Assembly: GCF_006345805.1 (NCBI RefSeq)
Contig: NC_043011.1
Span: forward strand, 11,904,001-11,968,000
Direction: 5' to 3'
DNA: 64,000 bases
DNA from: Octopus sinensis
Lineage: Eukaryota
Of this stretch, positions 52,125 to 64,000 are shown piece by piece. Within the stretch, counting starts at the first letter, position 1. Every line of letters starts with the position of its first letter. The notes under the pieces were generated by a model. That model was not told the origin of the DNA and made no database searches. It saw only the letters and a program-made list of their open reading frames with translations. The translations under genes and the position numbers were made by a program.

Positions 52125-53392
52125 TCAGGCTGAGTAAAAAGTAAGCAACGTTTTGAAACATGAAATTCATCACAATATATTTCAACAATGTGGAAATTTT
52201 ATTCATCAAAGTAAGTACCATTACAATCAACACATTTTTGTTAACGAGTTGCAAGTTTGTTTATTCCGGTTACATACAAATATGGAGTTCTGAAGCTGAT
52301 GAACTCTTTGAACGCCCTTTCAACATCGGTTTGATTTTTTAGCTCCTTCTCTCGCAGGAAACCATCACGGTACTTGAAGAAGTGGTAATCGATAGGAGAA
52401 AGGTCTGGGGAAGAAGCTGGGTGGGGAAGAACCTCGTAGCCAAGTTCCTTCAACTTCTGGAGCATAATTGGTGAAACGTGTGGTTGAGCATTGTCATGAA
52501 GAACGATTGGCCCTCTTCTGTTGACGAGTCTGGGATAGAGGAGTAACAGTTTTTCATATATTTTGGCAATTTCATGGCAATATGTTTCTGCAGTAATGGT
52601 TTTTCCGGGTTCTAAAGAAGTCCAGCAGTACACCACCAAACAGTCACTATAACCTTTTTGAATAGCTCGGGCTTAAGAAATGTTTTTGGTGCTTCATTTC
52701 GATCCAACCGCTGTGAAGAATGTTTTTTTTTTTTATTATTATACAGAATCCATTTTACCTCGCAAGTTACAATACGGGCGAAAAATGGACCGGTCTGGTT
52801 ATGGAGAAGAAGCGACGAACAAATTTCATATCTGCGCATTTTCTGATTTTCATTCAAATCAGGTGGTACCCATTTGTCGAGCTTTTTTGATTTTCTGATT
52901 GCATGCAAAAAGTTGCAAGCAGTTTTCTGGATCACTTGAAGTTCGTTTGCCAGTTCTTGAGTGGTTTTACGTGCATCTTTCTCAATGATGGTCTTTAATT
53001 GACCGTCATCGATGACAGCCGGGTGTCCACTACGCCCACGATCTTCAAGGTTCAGGTCTCCACTGCAAAATCGTTTAAAGCATTTTCAAGCTGACCACTC
53101 ACTGGTCATTTCCTCACCAAACGTTTCGTTGATATCGCGAGCAGTTTCATCAGCTTTACGTCCTTTTTTTTAAGTTGAATGACAAAATTGCTCGAATATT
53201 GCGCCTTGAAAGTTCAATTTCAGATGATTGTAACAACAGCGAAAAAAGTATCAATGTTAATTTATTGATGCGTTTTGGCAAATCTATGTCTGTATTATCA
53301 GACAATTGCAAAAAATATTTTTAAAAAATGCTTAATACTGCATTGTTCATGGGTCATGGTACAAAACGCTGCTTACTTTTTACTCAACCTGA
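52125..53392 (-). mobile_element. Full-length (1268 bp) degenerate mariner, DD34D type, Hsmar1/cecropia-like
   Basis: ~31-bp TIR TCAGG(C/T)TGAGTAAAAAGTAAGC(A/G)CGTTTTG with TA TSD; WVPPDL, IVTCEVKW, LHDNAQPH and HPASSPDLSPIDYHFF motifs; frameshifted. Confidence 0.92.
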
Positions 53393-53396
53393 TATG

Positions 53397-53428
<32 letters not shown>

Positions 53429-53444
53429 ACTTTTATTCTTTGAC

Positions 53445-53737
53445 TTCTTTCAGTTACTAAACTGCGGCCATGAAATTTTAGTCGAATGAATCGACCCCAC
53501 TACTTTGTTTTTTTAACTGGTGCTTATTCTATCGGTCTCTTTTACCGAACCGCTATATTACGGGGACACAAACACATCAACATTGGTTGTCAAGCGGTGA
53601 TGGGGGACAAACACAGACACAAATATACACACACACATGAATATATATGTATATATATATTCGACGAGCTTCTTTCTGTTTCCGTCTACTCACAAGGCTT
53701 TGGTCGGCCTGAGGCTATAGTCGAAGACACTTGCCCA
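53445..53737 (-). mobile_element. Degenerate SINE S1
   Basis: Reverse complement of the S1 body. Confidence 0.75.
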
Positions 53738-53924
53738 TCGTAAGGATGAAAAGCAAAGTCGACCTCGGCGGAAAACAGGAAAATACAACTCAATGCATGA
53801 GAGTATACGTATATTCTTATTAATATTTAGCTGAAGCAACAAGGAGACTAAAGGTCCGAGAGTTTTGTGCATTAGAACTTACCAAACTAGTTATAAATCG
53901 TGGTGGTATAAATTTATATAACAA

Positions 53925-54279
53925 TAACTCTGAGCACGTTTTCAAACTCCACCTGTCTAACACCCATGGACATGTTTACAAAGTCAGAAAACAGCACAGC
54001 TCCCATGACTTCCGGAAACATTTTTTCACGCTAAGAGTTGCTGAAGCATGGAACAAACTGCCGGCATCAGTTGTTAGTTGTCGGAGCACTGCATCCTTCA
54101 AAACTTGCATGCTTCCTGAGATTCGCCAACACTACACCTGATTTTCTCCCCTCCATACACACACAAGCATGTATCTGACTCATACACTGTTCACTTTCCA
54201 GACATTTGTACATTACAGCATATAATTTATACGCACTTTTGACAAGTTGTGGTGCACCTGAGCACTGTATACAATAATT

Positions 54280-54357
<78 letters not shown>
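53925..54357 (+). mobile_element. CR1-clade LINE 3' end with (ATT)n tail
   Basis: GHVYKVRKQHSSHDFRKHFFTLRVAEAWNKLPASVV...SFK; (ATT)n at ~54283-54357. Confidence 0.85.
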
Positions 54358-54361
<4 letters not shown>

Positions 54362-55016
54362 CTGGTGATTACAATATCACGTCGATAAATCAATTTTCCA
54401 AATAGTTTGCCCGTTATGCCGTTCATTAAATAAATACATAAATAAACAAATTAGGAAAATTCATGCATATGTAGCAGAAGCACATTCATAGTTTGGCTCT
54501 TTGCCTTTTGGCACCCACATTTCGGCTTTTACCTTTAGGTACCCCCACATTTTGGATCGCTTTACGTGATGGTCTAGTCCTAGCTTTACGCGGGCTGTCC
54601 ACTTTCATCACGTGACACACTAGCCAGGCGCGTCACCATCAGCTAACTAGGGGAAGCCTTTCCCCCTGTTTCCTCAGTGAGGTGAGTCTTCACGGTAGAG
54701 TTCGGATCATCGGCATGAGAGCAGTTTTATTCCGCTATGCATTACCAGTAAGGAGAGAATTGTCAGCAGACATTCCTGTCACCATGTTTCGTGTTTTTCC
54801 TGCGTATTTCTTTATCTCCGAGAAGCACGAAGGATCAATGTATTTTAAATAACAGCATTATTCACGTTATAGCAATTTGCTGTATCTTCTATTAGCGGCG
54901 AAATAAATGTGGCAGTTTTTGTGTCTTCGTATCTCTTGAAGTTCTTTATCAGAAGATTATAATATTACCAGGGCCTTAGCCACATGCACCTTTTACCACC
55001 TCGCTAAACATACTTG

Positions 55017-55433
55017 GGATCTTTTCGGTTTGAACGGCAGTTTTTTTCTAGCGGTGTCATATGAAATTGTCACCCATAATTATGACCCTAGTATCGATCT
55101 ATTGCATTTCAATCTGTTTTAGGGTTAGGGTTAGGGTTAGGGAAGGATATCTTTTTTTCTTCACAAATGTAAATAAACCCAATCTGTTTCTTAATCGAGG
55201 GACATATTCATACGGCAGAGAATGCTTTTTAACTCAATAGACGTCATTGATTGGTTGAAATTTCAGAAATTGAAGAAAAAAAACAACAAATATCTTACAA
55301 ACCATAGAATTTTCTCAATAAAGCCAAGAGAAAAAGATGTTTTTATAAACACATTCTACCAGTATACGAAGTTTAAAATTTTTTAGTTACCTAGAAATTA
55401 TGTTAAAAGCTGCCGTTCAAACCGAAAAGATCC
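55017..55433 (+). mobile_element. MITE1 copy N
   Basis: TSD CATACTTG/CATACTTA. Confidence 0.92.
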
Positions 55434-55749
55434 CATACTTACGTACACATAAATGAAATCACCATTGAATATAATGCAGTATGTAAGAAAACCGGCTGAG
55501 AAGTTCAAAGGCTGACCAAGTCACTCTCAAGGAATGTGACTATATGATGTTTATTCTTAAACCTAGTTTCCCTTGCGGTCTGCTACTTCCATCGGTGTTA
55601 TATGAATAGGTAAATAAATTAAGTTAAACTAAATTAAATTCAAGAAATAGATATCACACATACAAACACACACACACACATATATACGTATGTATGTATA
55701 TATCTATACATAAATTTGTGCATATATATACGCATGTATATATATATAC

Positions 55750-56523
55750 ACACTAGGCAATTAGGATTTCATCACTTCAGCTCGATAAGCAATTTTGTAA
55801 AGCATGCAGTATGTATTGTATGTATGTATGTATGTATGTATGTATGTATGTATTGTATGTATGTATGTATGTATGTATGTATGTATGTATGTATGTATGT
55901 ATTGTATGTATGTATGTGTGTATGTATGTATGTATGTATGTATGTATGTATGTATTGTATGTATGTATGTGTGTATGTATGTATGTATGTATGTATGTAT
56001 GTATTGTATGTATGTATGTGTGTATGTATGTATGTATGTATGTATGTATGTATGTATGTATGTATGTATGTGTGTATGTATGTATGTGTGTATGTATGTA
56101 TGTATGTATTGTATGTATGTTTGTATGTATGTATGTATGTATGTATGTATGGATGGATGGATGTATGTATGTATGTATGTATGTATGTATGTATATATGT
56201 ATACATACATATATATGTATATACATATACATATGCATACATACATACATACACATACACATAAATACACACAACATACATACAAACATACATACATACA
56301 CACACACATACATACACACACACATACATACATATATCCATACACACATACATACATACATACATACATATATACATACATACATACATACATACATACA
56401 TACATACATACATACATACATACAATACATACATACATACATACATACATACATACATACATACTGCATGCTTTACGAAATTGCTTATTGAGCTGAAGTG
56501 ATGAAATCCTAATTGCCTGGTGT
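55750..56523. mobile_element. Foldback element: ~63-bp TIRs enclosing (TATG)n followed by (CATA)n
   Basis: ACACTAGGCAATTAGGATTTCATCACTTCAGCTC... is inverted at 56457-56523 with 3 mismatches; no TSD found. Confidence 0.75.
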
Positions 56524-56884
56524 TGAGACTTGAATATGTCTCTCCACTAATGAAACGACACCAGTTAAGTTTCTTCTTGTAGTTGTTACTGTCGGCGCTA
56601 TTGAATTTATTTTTGTTATTGTTGTTAATTCCGTTGTTGTCTTTGATGTTGTTGTTGTTGTTACCGTCGTTGTTGAGGTTTTCAGTTCTAAACGATCCAA
56701 TAAAGTGTACGATAAAGGATTTTCTCGTCTTATCCATTCGTCGTTTTAGGGAAATTCTAGGACTACGTTATTTAAACGCGTCCGTGCGTTTGAGGGAGAT
56801 TCGTTTGTTATTTCTAGCATATCCAGTAGCTAACATAGAGACTGCCTCCTTGAGTGTAGTGGTGTTGCAGCGGTGGTATTAGTA

Positions 56885-57293
56885 AGGCGGCGAGCTGGCA
56901 GAAACGTTAGCACGCCGGGCGAAATGCTTAGCGGTATTTCGTCTGCTGCTACGTTCTGAGTTCAAATTTCGACTTTGCCTTTCATCCTTTCGGGATCGAT
57001 AAATTAAGTACCAGTTACGCACTGGGATCGATATAATCGACTTAATCCGTTCGTCTGTCCTTTTTTGTCCCCTCTGTGTTTAGCCCCTTGTGGGTAGTAA
57101 AGAAACAGGTATTTCGTCTGCCGTTACGTTCTGAGTTCAAATTCCGCCGAGGTCGACTTTGCCTTTCATCCTTTCGGGGTCGATAAATTAAGTACCAGTT
57201 ACGCACTGGGGTGGATATAATCGACTTAATCCGTCTGTCTGTCCTTGTTTGTCCCCCTCTACGTTTAGCCCCTTGTGGGTAGTAAAGAAATAG
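56885..57293 (+). mobile_element. SINE S2 head-to-tail partial dimer
   Basis: Full unit followed by a second unit starting at internal GGTATTTCGTCTG (~57107). Confidence 0.85.
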
Positions 57294-57629
57294 GTATTAG
57301 TGCTGCAGTGAAGATGATGACGGTGATGACGACAACGACGACGACGGCGACGACGACGATGGTGATTGATCCAATGATAATGATTGGGATGACAGTTAGG
57401 GCAGTGACAACAACGAGGATAATGATGAAGATGCTGGCTGTCATGGTAACGTTAAAGTTGTACCAGTTTATCATCACTAGTGTTTTTTTTCTTTTTGTCA
57501 TAACTGGCATCTCAGCTCATTACCACCAATGCTAACACCTCCCATCCCCACCCACCCACACACACTCACACATACACACACTCACTCCCTCTCGTTAAAC
57601 CAGTCCCATCTTCCTCTCTATCCATCCAT

Positions 57630-58005
<376 letters not shown>

Positions 58006-58424
58006 CCTTCAGTGTTTTCTATTCGTTCTCCTCCATCATGACCCTCTGATATCCCACCCTTTTTTCCTAGATGCGATGCACCGAGGCCCACCTCCTTTTC
58101 TCGCCTCCTTTCCATCATACACTCACACTCTCATAGTCCAACATAATCCGCTCTCCTTTCCACTCTCCCCACAACTCAATCGAATAGACAAAAGCGCAAC
58201 AACCCCCTTTTGTTTCTGTTGAGACCATTCATTCTCTCCTCCTCCTCCTCCTCCTTTTCATACTTTCACCTCTCTCCTTAATTGATCAATTATTACCAAC
58301 ACTTTCTTTCACTTTCTCCCTTCTCTCTTTTCATCAGCCGTGTTGTTGTTTAACCCTAAGCACCGATCCAACCGACCTAGGATTAAACGTCAGTCCAGCC
58401 ACCAACATTCCTTATTTTATTATA

Positions 58425-58900
58425 TACTCTTTTACTCCTTTACTTGTTTCAGTCATTTTGACTGTGGCCATGCTGGAGCACCGCTTTTAGTCGAGCAAAT
58501 CGACACCCAGGACTTATTCTTTGTAAGCCCAGTACTTATTCTATCGGACTGTTTTGCCGAACCGCTAAGTTACAGGGATGTAAACACACCAGCATCGGTT
58601 GTCAAGCGATGTTGGGGGGAGAAACACAGATACACAAACATACAGACACACACGCATATATATATACACATACATATATAACACACACGCATATATATAC
58701 ACAAATATATAACACACACACGCATATATATACACATACATATATACGACAGGCTTCTTTCAGTTTCCGTCTACCAAATCCACTCACAAGGTTTTGTTCG
58801 GCCCGAGGCTACACTTGCCCAAGGTGCCACGCAGTGGGACTGAACCCGGAACCATGTGGTTGGTAAGCAAGCTACTTACCACACAGCCGCTCCTACGCCT
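58425..58900 (-). mobile_element. SINE S1
   Basis: Reverse complement of S1. Confidence 0.87.
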
Positions 58901-59385
58901 ATTATGTACAATATTATTATGTACCATAAATATATCCAACGTGTCCTTCCATAGACAATAGGGTTGTGATTTGAAGGAGATTTGACTGTTATTTCTAGCC
59001 TACCTAGCGATCATGTATAGGCTGCCTGATTGGCTCCATCAGCCGAGTTACAAAAGCTGACATTCGTTTGGCTCCTTCCTCTTTCGCCTTCCCTGCTGCT
59101 TATTGTATATTCCTAAACAAACTCCTCCCACTCCGACGCGTACACGCCACACCTTCTTTTCACGCCTCAATAAATTCATTCTTTCTTATTTTTGAGTGTT
59201 CAGATTAAAGAAACTGCTATGGTCACCACCCTCAACACGCCACCACTACCACATCAACAAGAACTGAGTCAATTAGGGAGGCTCTTACGTTGTCGCTCGG
59301 GCTACTAGAAATAACAGTAAAACCATCTTCAAATCATGCTTTGCTGTCTTAAAAAAATGAATTCCAATATTTAAGTAAAATGTTC

Positions 59386-59800
59386 GGATCTTTTCGGTTT
59401 GAACGGCAGTTTTTAACATAATTTCTAGGTAACTAAAAAATTTTAAACTTCGTATATTGGTAGAATGTGTTTATAAAACATCTTTTTCTCAAGGCTTTAT
59501 TGAGAAAATTCTATAGTTTGTAAGATATTTGTTGTTTTTTCTTCAATTTCTGCAATTTCAACCAATCAATGATCTCTATTGAGATAAAAACAAAAAACAT
59601 TCTGTGCCGTATGAATATGTCCCTCGTTTAAGAAACAGATTGGGTTTATTTACATTTGTGAAGAAAATAAAATACCCTTCCCCCCACCCCTAACTCTAAA
59701 ACAGATTCAATTGCAATAGATCGATACAAGGGTCATAATTATGGGTGACAATTTCATATGACACCGTTAGAAAAAACTGCCGTTCAAACCGAAAAGATCC
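59386..59800 (-). mobile_element. MITE1 copy O
   Basis: Flanked by a perfect 29-bp direct duplication (59357-59385 / 59801-59829). Confidence 0.93.
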
Positions 59801-60236
59801 ATGAATTCCAATATTTAAGTAAAATGTTCATATTTTCTTTTATTTACATATTATTCATTATTTCCGTATTATTCATTATGTGATAATGACTGGCATGACA
59901 ACTACAACAAACAGTAAATAATACACTAATAGTCAAAGCTGTTTTTATGTCCTTTGTAGTATAAATCTTATTTATTTTTGTTTGTTTCTTATCTTTGCAA
60001 AAAAAAAAAGTTTTGGATGGCAGTATTTTAAACTGCGAGTTAAAAAAATTTCGAAAAATTAAGACAATTTTTTTTTTTAAATTTCAAGAAGTTAGAAACC
60101 TTTTTTCTTCATGGCCTTCAGAATTCACGTGTGTAGAATACAAATTCGAAAAAAAAAATTTCAGAAAAAATTTAAGAATAAAAAAAGTTATGAGGTATTA
60201 TATGCCGTGCGTAAAGCAGAACTCCGCCTTAGTATA

Positions 60237-60623
60237 TACTCTTTTACTCTTTTATTGGTTTCAGTCATTTGACTGCGGCCATGCTGGAGCACCGCCTTTA
60301 ATCGAGCAACTCAACCCCAGGACTTATTCTTTTGTAAGCCCAGTACTTATTCTATCGGTCTCTTTTACCGAACCGCTAAGTAACGGGGACGTAAACACAC
60401 CAGCATCGGTTGTCAAGCGATGTTGGGGGGACAAACACAGACACACAAACACACACACGCATATATATACATATATACGACGGGCTTCTTTCAGTTTCCG
60501 TCTACCAAATCCACTCACAAGGCTTTGGTCGGCCCGAGGCTATAGTAGAAGACACATGCCCAAGGTGCCACGCAGTGGGACTGAACCCGGAACCATGTGG
60601 TTGGTAAACAAGCTACTTACCAC
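60237..60623 (-). mobile_element. SINE S1
   Basis: Reverse complement of S1, head truncated. Confidence 0.87.
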
Positions 60624-61233
60624 TAATATCTATTTGTTTATTCATCGCTGCAATAGTATATGTGTATGCTTGAAGTAAGATTCTAAACCAGAGATGGAGA
60701 ACCTGTGGCTTTCTGGGCCATTAAGTGCGGCCGTCTGCGGCCATTAGTACATTTTCTTTCTTTTTTGAGATTGAATAATTTTTGTCTAAAATCATTATAC
60801 GTCCTAAACTTACAATACACACTTAGACGAAAGGAAAGTTAACTGTGTTTATTGGTGTCACTCCCAAAGATTGGAAGCATTTTTCTTTGAACCCAATGAA
60901 AAAAGCAACAAGTATATAAAGTAATAATTTCCTTGGCAGCTACAGCAGCCAAGTGGGAGTAAGTGACTTCACGTATGATACACGAAGTGTTCCTGTCTCG
61001 TCCACATTTCCATTGTGATCTGTGCTATGGACTTTATTTACTTAGGCCAACTTGATACTGACTTATTTTGTGAGATTGAGTTAGTTATAGCCTTATTTGA
61101 AACCGTAAATCCATCAGTGCGTGCGTTAATTCTACAGACTTGCTTTTTTATCATTGTGACTTGGTAAGTGACACAGTGATCGTATTCATTGCTGTTCTGT
61201 TAAGCCGCCGGCTGCACACTGCTGCAGACAAAA

Positions 61234-61514
61234 CGGTCTGAGACAAGACACGGTCAATTAGCGTCCGAAACCATGTGTGTGGAATCTTGATCATAACTTC
61301 AACAATTATCGTTATCTTGTGAGGTTAGAAACCGTCGATATTTGACATTATTTCTGCAACAATTAGGTAATGATAATTAATAGTACTAATTACAAAAAAA
61401 AAAAATTATAGCTAATCTAGATGTTGTTCAGTCTCAAACAGTAGTAACAATTGCTAAAGTCAAAACCAAAAACATGGTCTGGGATGCAAGTTTATCGTGT
61501 CTTGTCTAAGACTG
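61234..61514. mobile_element. Possible small TIR element nested in the hAT remnant
   Basis: Imperfect ~19-bp inverted repeat C(G/A)GTCT(G/T)AGACAAGACACG; no TSD seen. Confidence 0.35.
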
Positions 61515-62008
61515 TTTTATTTGGGTCGTTATTAAACTTTTATTTTTATGGCTTTTCAGAAGAAATACATTTCTTTTTAACCGATAATTTTATCAAAAAA
61601 ATTAAAACGAACTTTGAAAGAAGAAAACAGGATCTTCGATGAAGCATGGGAATTGCAAAATTTTTTAGTAAATAGTGGAGGCAAAATGTCTTGCTTGTTT
61701 TGTGATACGGTTAAGTTGTAACGGTTACGAAATTCAATATCTATACATCCTACCACTTCTAAAACACATTCCTTTATGAGTTCTACATCGCTGAATGGCT
61801 TACCATTTTTTCCAAATAAATATGCGACCTTATAGCTGGCTTCTGTCATAGCATTCCCTTGATTCAACACAGATTGGAAAAAATTGTCTTTGCTTTTGTT
61901 TTCCATCTTTCAATTTCTGCAATGCTATCTTTCGAGACTCACCCTCTAATTTGGCATATTCATTGTCTTTATGAAAAGAATAATGTTGCTGTGCATTGAA
62001 TTTCGTAA

Positions 62009-62141
62009 CCGTTAAGATTACAGGGCAATTCATGCTGTTGATCTTGAAAGAGGCATCGCTTTATATTTATATAAAGTTAACAAATATAAAGCGATGCCTC
62101 TTTCAAGATCAACAGCATGAATTGCCCTGTAATCTTAACGG
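62009..62141. repeat. Perfect 60-bp inverted repeat with 13-nt loop
   Basis: 62009-62068 pairs with 62082-62141. Confidence 0.9.
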
Positions 62142-62210
62142 AGCAATTAAAAAATGTAATCCAAAAAGAAAATGTATATTGCTCAGTAGCTTTGGATTCC
62201 ACAGACTCAG

Positions 62211-62553
62211 AGGATTCGTTGGACACAGTGTGAGACGACTGTTGTTATCGCTAGGCCTAACTCATCGTAAAGTCAATACCACCATGACCGATATCCAATC
62301 TGCAGTGGAGAAGGCTAGCCACTGGATTTGGTTAAAAAGAGACGATGAGCGATGGCTAGAAGGATATTGAACTTTATTTGATAACAAGCTGATCTAGCAA
62401 GCAGGGCCTCATATCAGTGCGCATTGATGCCGTCGAGAGGTAGGCCCCGAAACGGCGCGCATTCTCTCCTGATGACCCCATACACTTGCTGGCTTCCGGT
62501 ATGCGGAGTTTTTGATTGGTAGAACTTGTAGGTGCAAGTTGTTCGCAAGACAT
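62211..62553 (+). mobile_element. 5'-truncated RLE-type (Hero/NeSL-like) LINE 3' end
   Basis: RGFVGHSVRRLLLSLG...AVEKASHWIWLKR; 29-bp TSD at 62182-62210 / 62554-62582 (1 mismatch) within the hAT coding region. Confidence 0.75.
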
Positions 62554-62750
62554 CTCAGTAGCTTTGGATTCCACAGATTCAGCACAAGTATTGTATTTTA
62601 TTTGTACTATAACTGATGATTTTCAATTATATGAAGAATTATTTGCTTTAGGCACCCTTAAGGGAAGGACACGGGAGATATTTTTAACAACTTCAAAGAG
62701 TAACGTCATAAAGTATGTGGCGAAAGAGTCAGCAGAAGTTTCGCCATTAC

Positions 62751-62940
62751 CCGTATGAATATGTCCCTCGTTTAAGAAACAGATTGGGTTTATTTACATT
62801 TGTGAAGAAAAAAAAGATACCCTTCCCCCACCCTTAACCCTAACCCTAACCATAACCCTAACTAACCCTAACTCTAACCCTAACCCTAAAACAGATTGAA
62901 ATGCAATAGATCGATACTAGGGTCATAATTATGGGTGACA
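62751..62940 (-). mobile_element. MITE1 copy P (internal fragment, no TIRs)
   Basis: Contains the CCCTAA block and adjacent MITE1 sequence. Confidence 0.85.
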
Positions 62941-63234
62941 ACGGCAGACGAATTACGGCTACGCATTTCGCCCGGCGTGCTAACGTATAGGCACAAAGCC
63001 TGAAATTTGGTCGAGGAGTATTTGGTCGAGGAGATAAGAGGGAGAGAAACAGGCAAAGAGGAAGACAGACAGGAAGGAAGGAAAGGTCAAGCAAAGGATT
63101 ATAGAGTTCGCGTCTTAATTATATATAAAAACTTACTTGGAGAAAAGAAAAGAAACGAAACGACGCGATGGCGCTCAGTCATACAATAATGTAATAAATA
63201 AAATATATGTATACATACATATATGTACTATATG

Positions 63235-63355
<121 letters not shown>

Positions 63356-63598
63356 CATACATACATACATATATACATACATATAGTGAGAATTCACAAA
63401 AAAAAAACAAAAGACGAAGACAGATGGTGTAGACAACAAACAGATGTATTACTATAACGCTCAGGAAGTGGAAAAAGTATTTAACGTTTCGAGCCTACGC
63501 TCTTCCACAGAAAGGAACACAGAAAGAAACAAGGAGAGAAAATAAAGAATGTGTAGTGGCTAGCGATCTATACATACATACATACATACATACATACA

Positions 63599-63629
<31 letters not shown>

Positions 63630-63632
63630 GTA

Positions 63633-63664
<32 letters not shown>

Positions 63665-63669
<5 letters not shown>

Positions 63670-63956
63670 AGGTGCAATGGCCCAGTGGACTCACGGTTGT
63701 AGGATCGCGGTTTCGATTCCCAGACCGGGCGTTGTGAGTGTTTATTGAGCGAAAACACCTAAAGCTCCACGAGGCTCCGGCAGGGGGTGGTGGCGATCCC
63801 TGCTGTACTCTTTCGCCGCAACTTTCTCTCACTCTTTCTTCTGTTGGCCTGTTCGCTTAGCCAGCGGGGTGGCGTCATTTGAAGGCTAAAACGATGCGAA
63901 ACGCATTGTGACCAGCGATGTGTAGCAACATCTGATAGCCTGGTCGGTCACGGTGA
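63665..63956 (+). mobile_element. SINE S3
   Basis: Same head and core as 28725. Confidence 0.82.
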
Positions 63957-64000
63957 CATACATATGTGTGTAGGTATGTATATACGTGAGTATATATATA

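Larger units (their letters stand above)
60689..62750. mobile_element. Rearranged hAT (Charlie/Buster-like) transposon remnant
   Basis: Terminus CAGAGATGGAGAACCTGTGGC after TTCTAAAC; minus-strand KFNAQQHY...TEASYKVAYLFGKNGKPFSDVELIKEC; plus-strand SVALDSTDSAQVLYFI..EELFALGTLKGRT. Confidence 0.75.

Noticed and set aside
59040-59275. Possible solo LTR (TATA-like element, AATAAA, ends in CA)
   Set aside because: Single copy with no clear TG start, TSD or primer-binding site

Overview
This is eukaryotic, repeat-saturated, probably intronic or intergenic DNA. The SINE families, long microsatellites and TTAGGG-bearing MITEs resemble an octopus or other cephalopod genome (inference from memory, not a search result). 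I could not support any host protein-coding exon, tRNA/rRNA gene or CRISPR array. The window holds these elements: (1) at the left end, two oppositely oriented minimal type I hammerhead ribozymes in a ~583-bp Penelope-like or retrozyme-like tandem unit; (2) four copies of a recently active L1/Tx1-clade LINE (APE + RT + CCHC), all within (TATC)n/(GATA)n tracts, one with a twin-primed 5' inversion and three stacked head-to-tail; (3) 16 copies of a ~420-bp GG...CC TIR MITE with internal TTAGGG repeats and TSDs of 7, 8, 9, 29 or 34 bp, plus two other GG-ended TIR families; (4) R4/Dong, RTE, CR1 and Hero-like LINE fragments, two mariners, a scrambled hAT and Helitron pieces; (5) three tRNA-derived SINE families. 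Most listed ORFs are microsatellite artefacts. The strongest leads are the GATA-targeting Tx1 family with a structured 3' UTR, the hammerhead pair, and the telomere-repeat MITE with occasional long target duplications.
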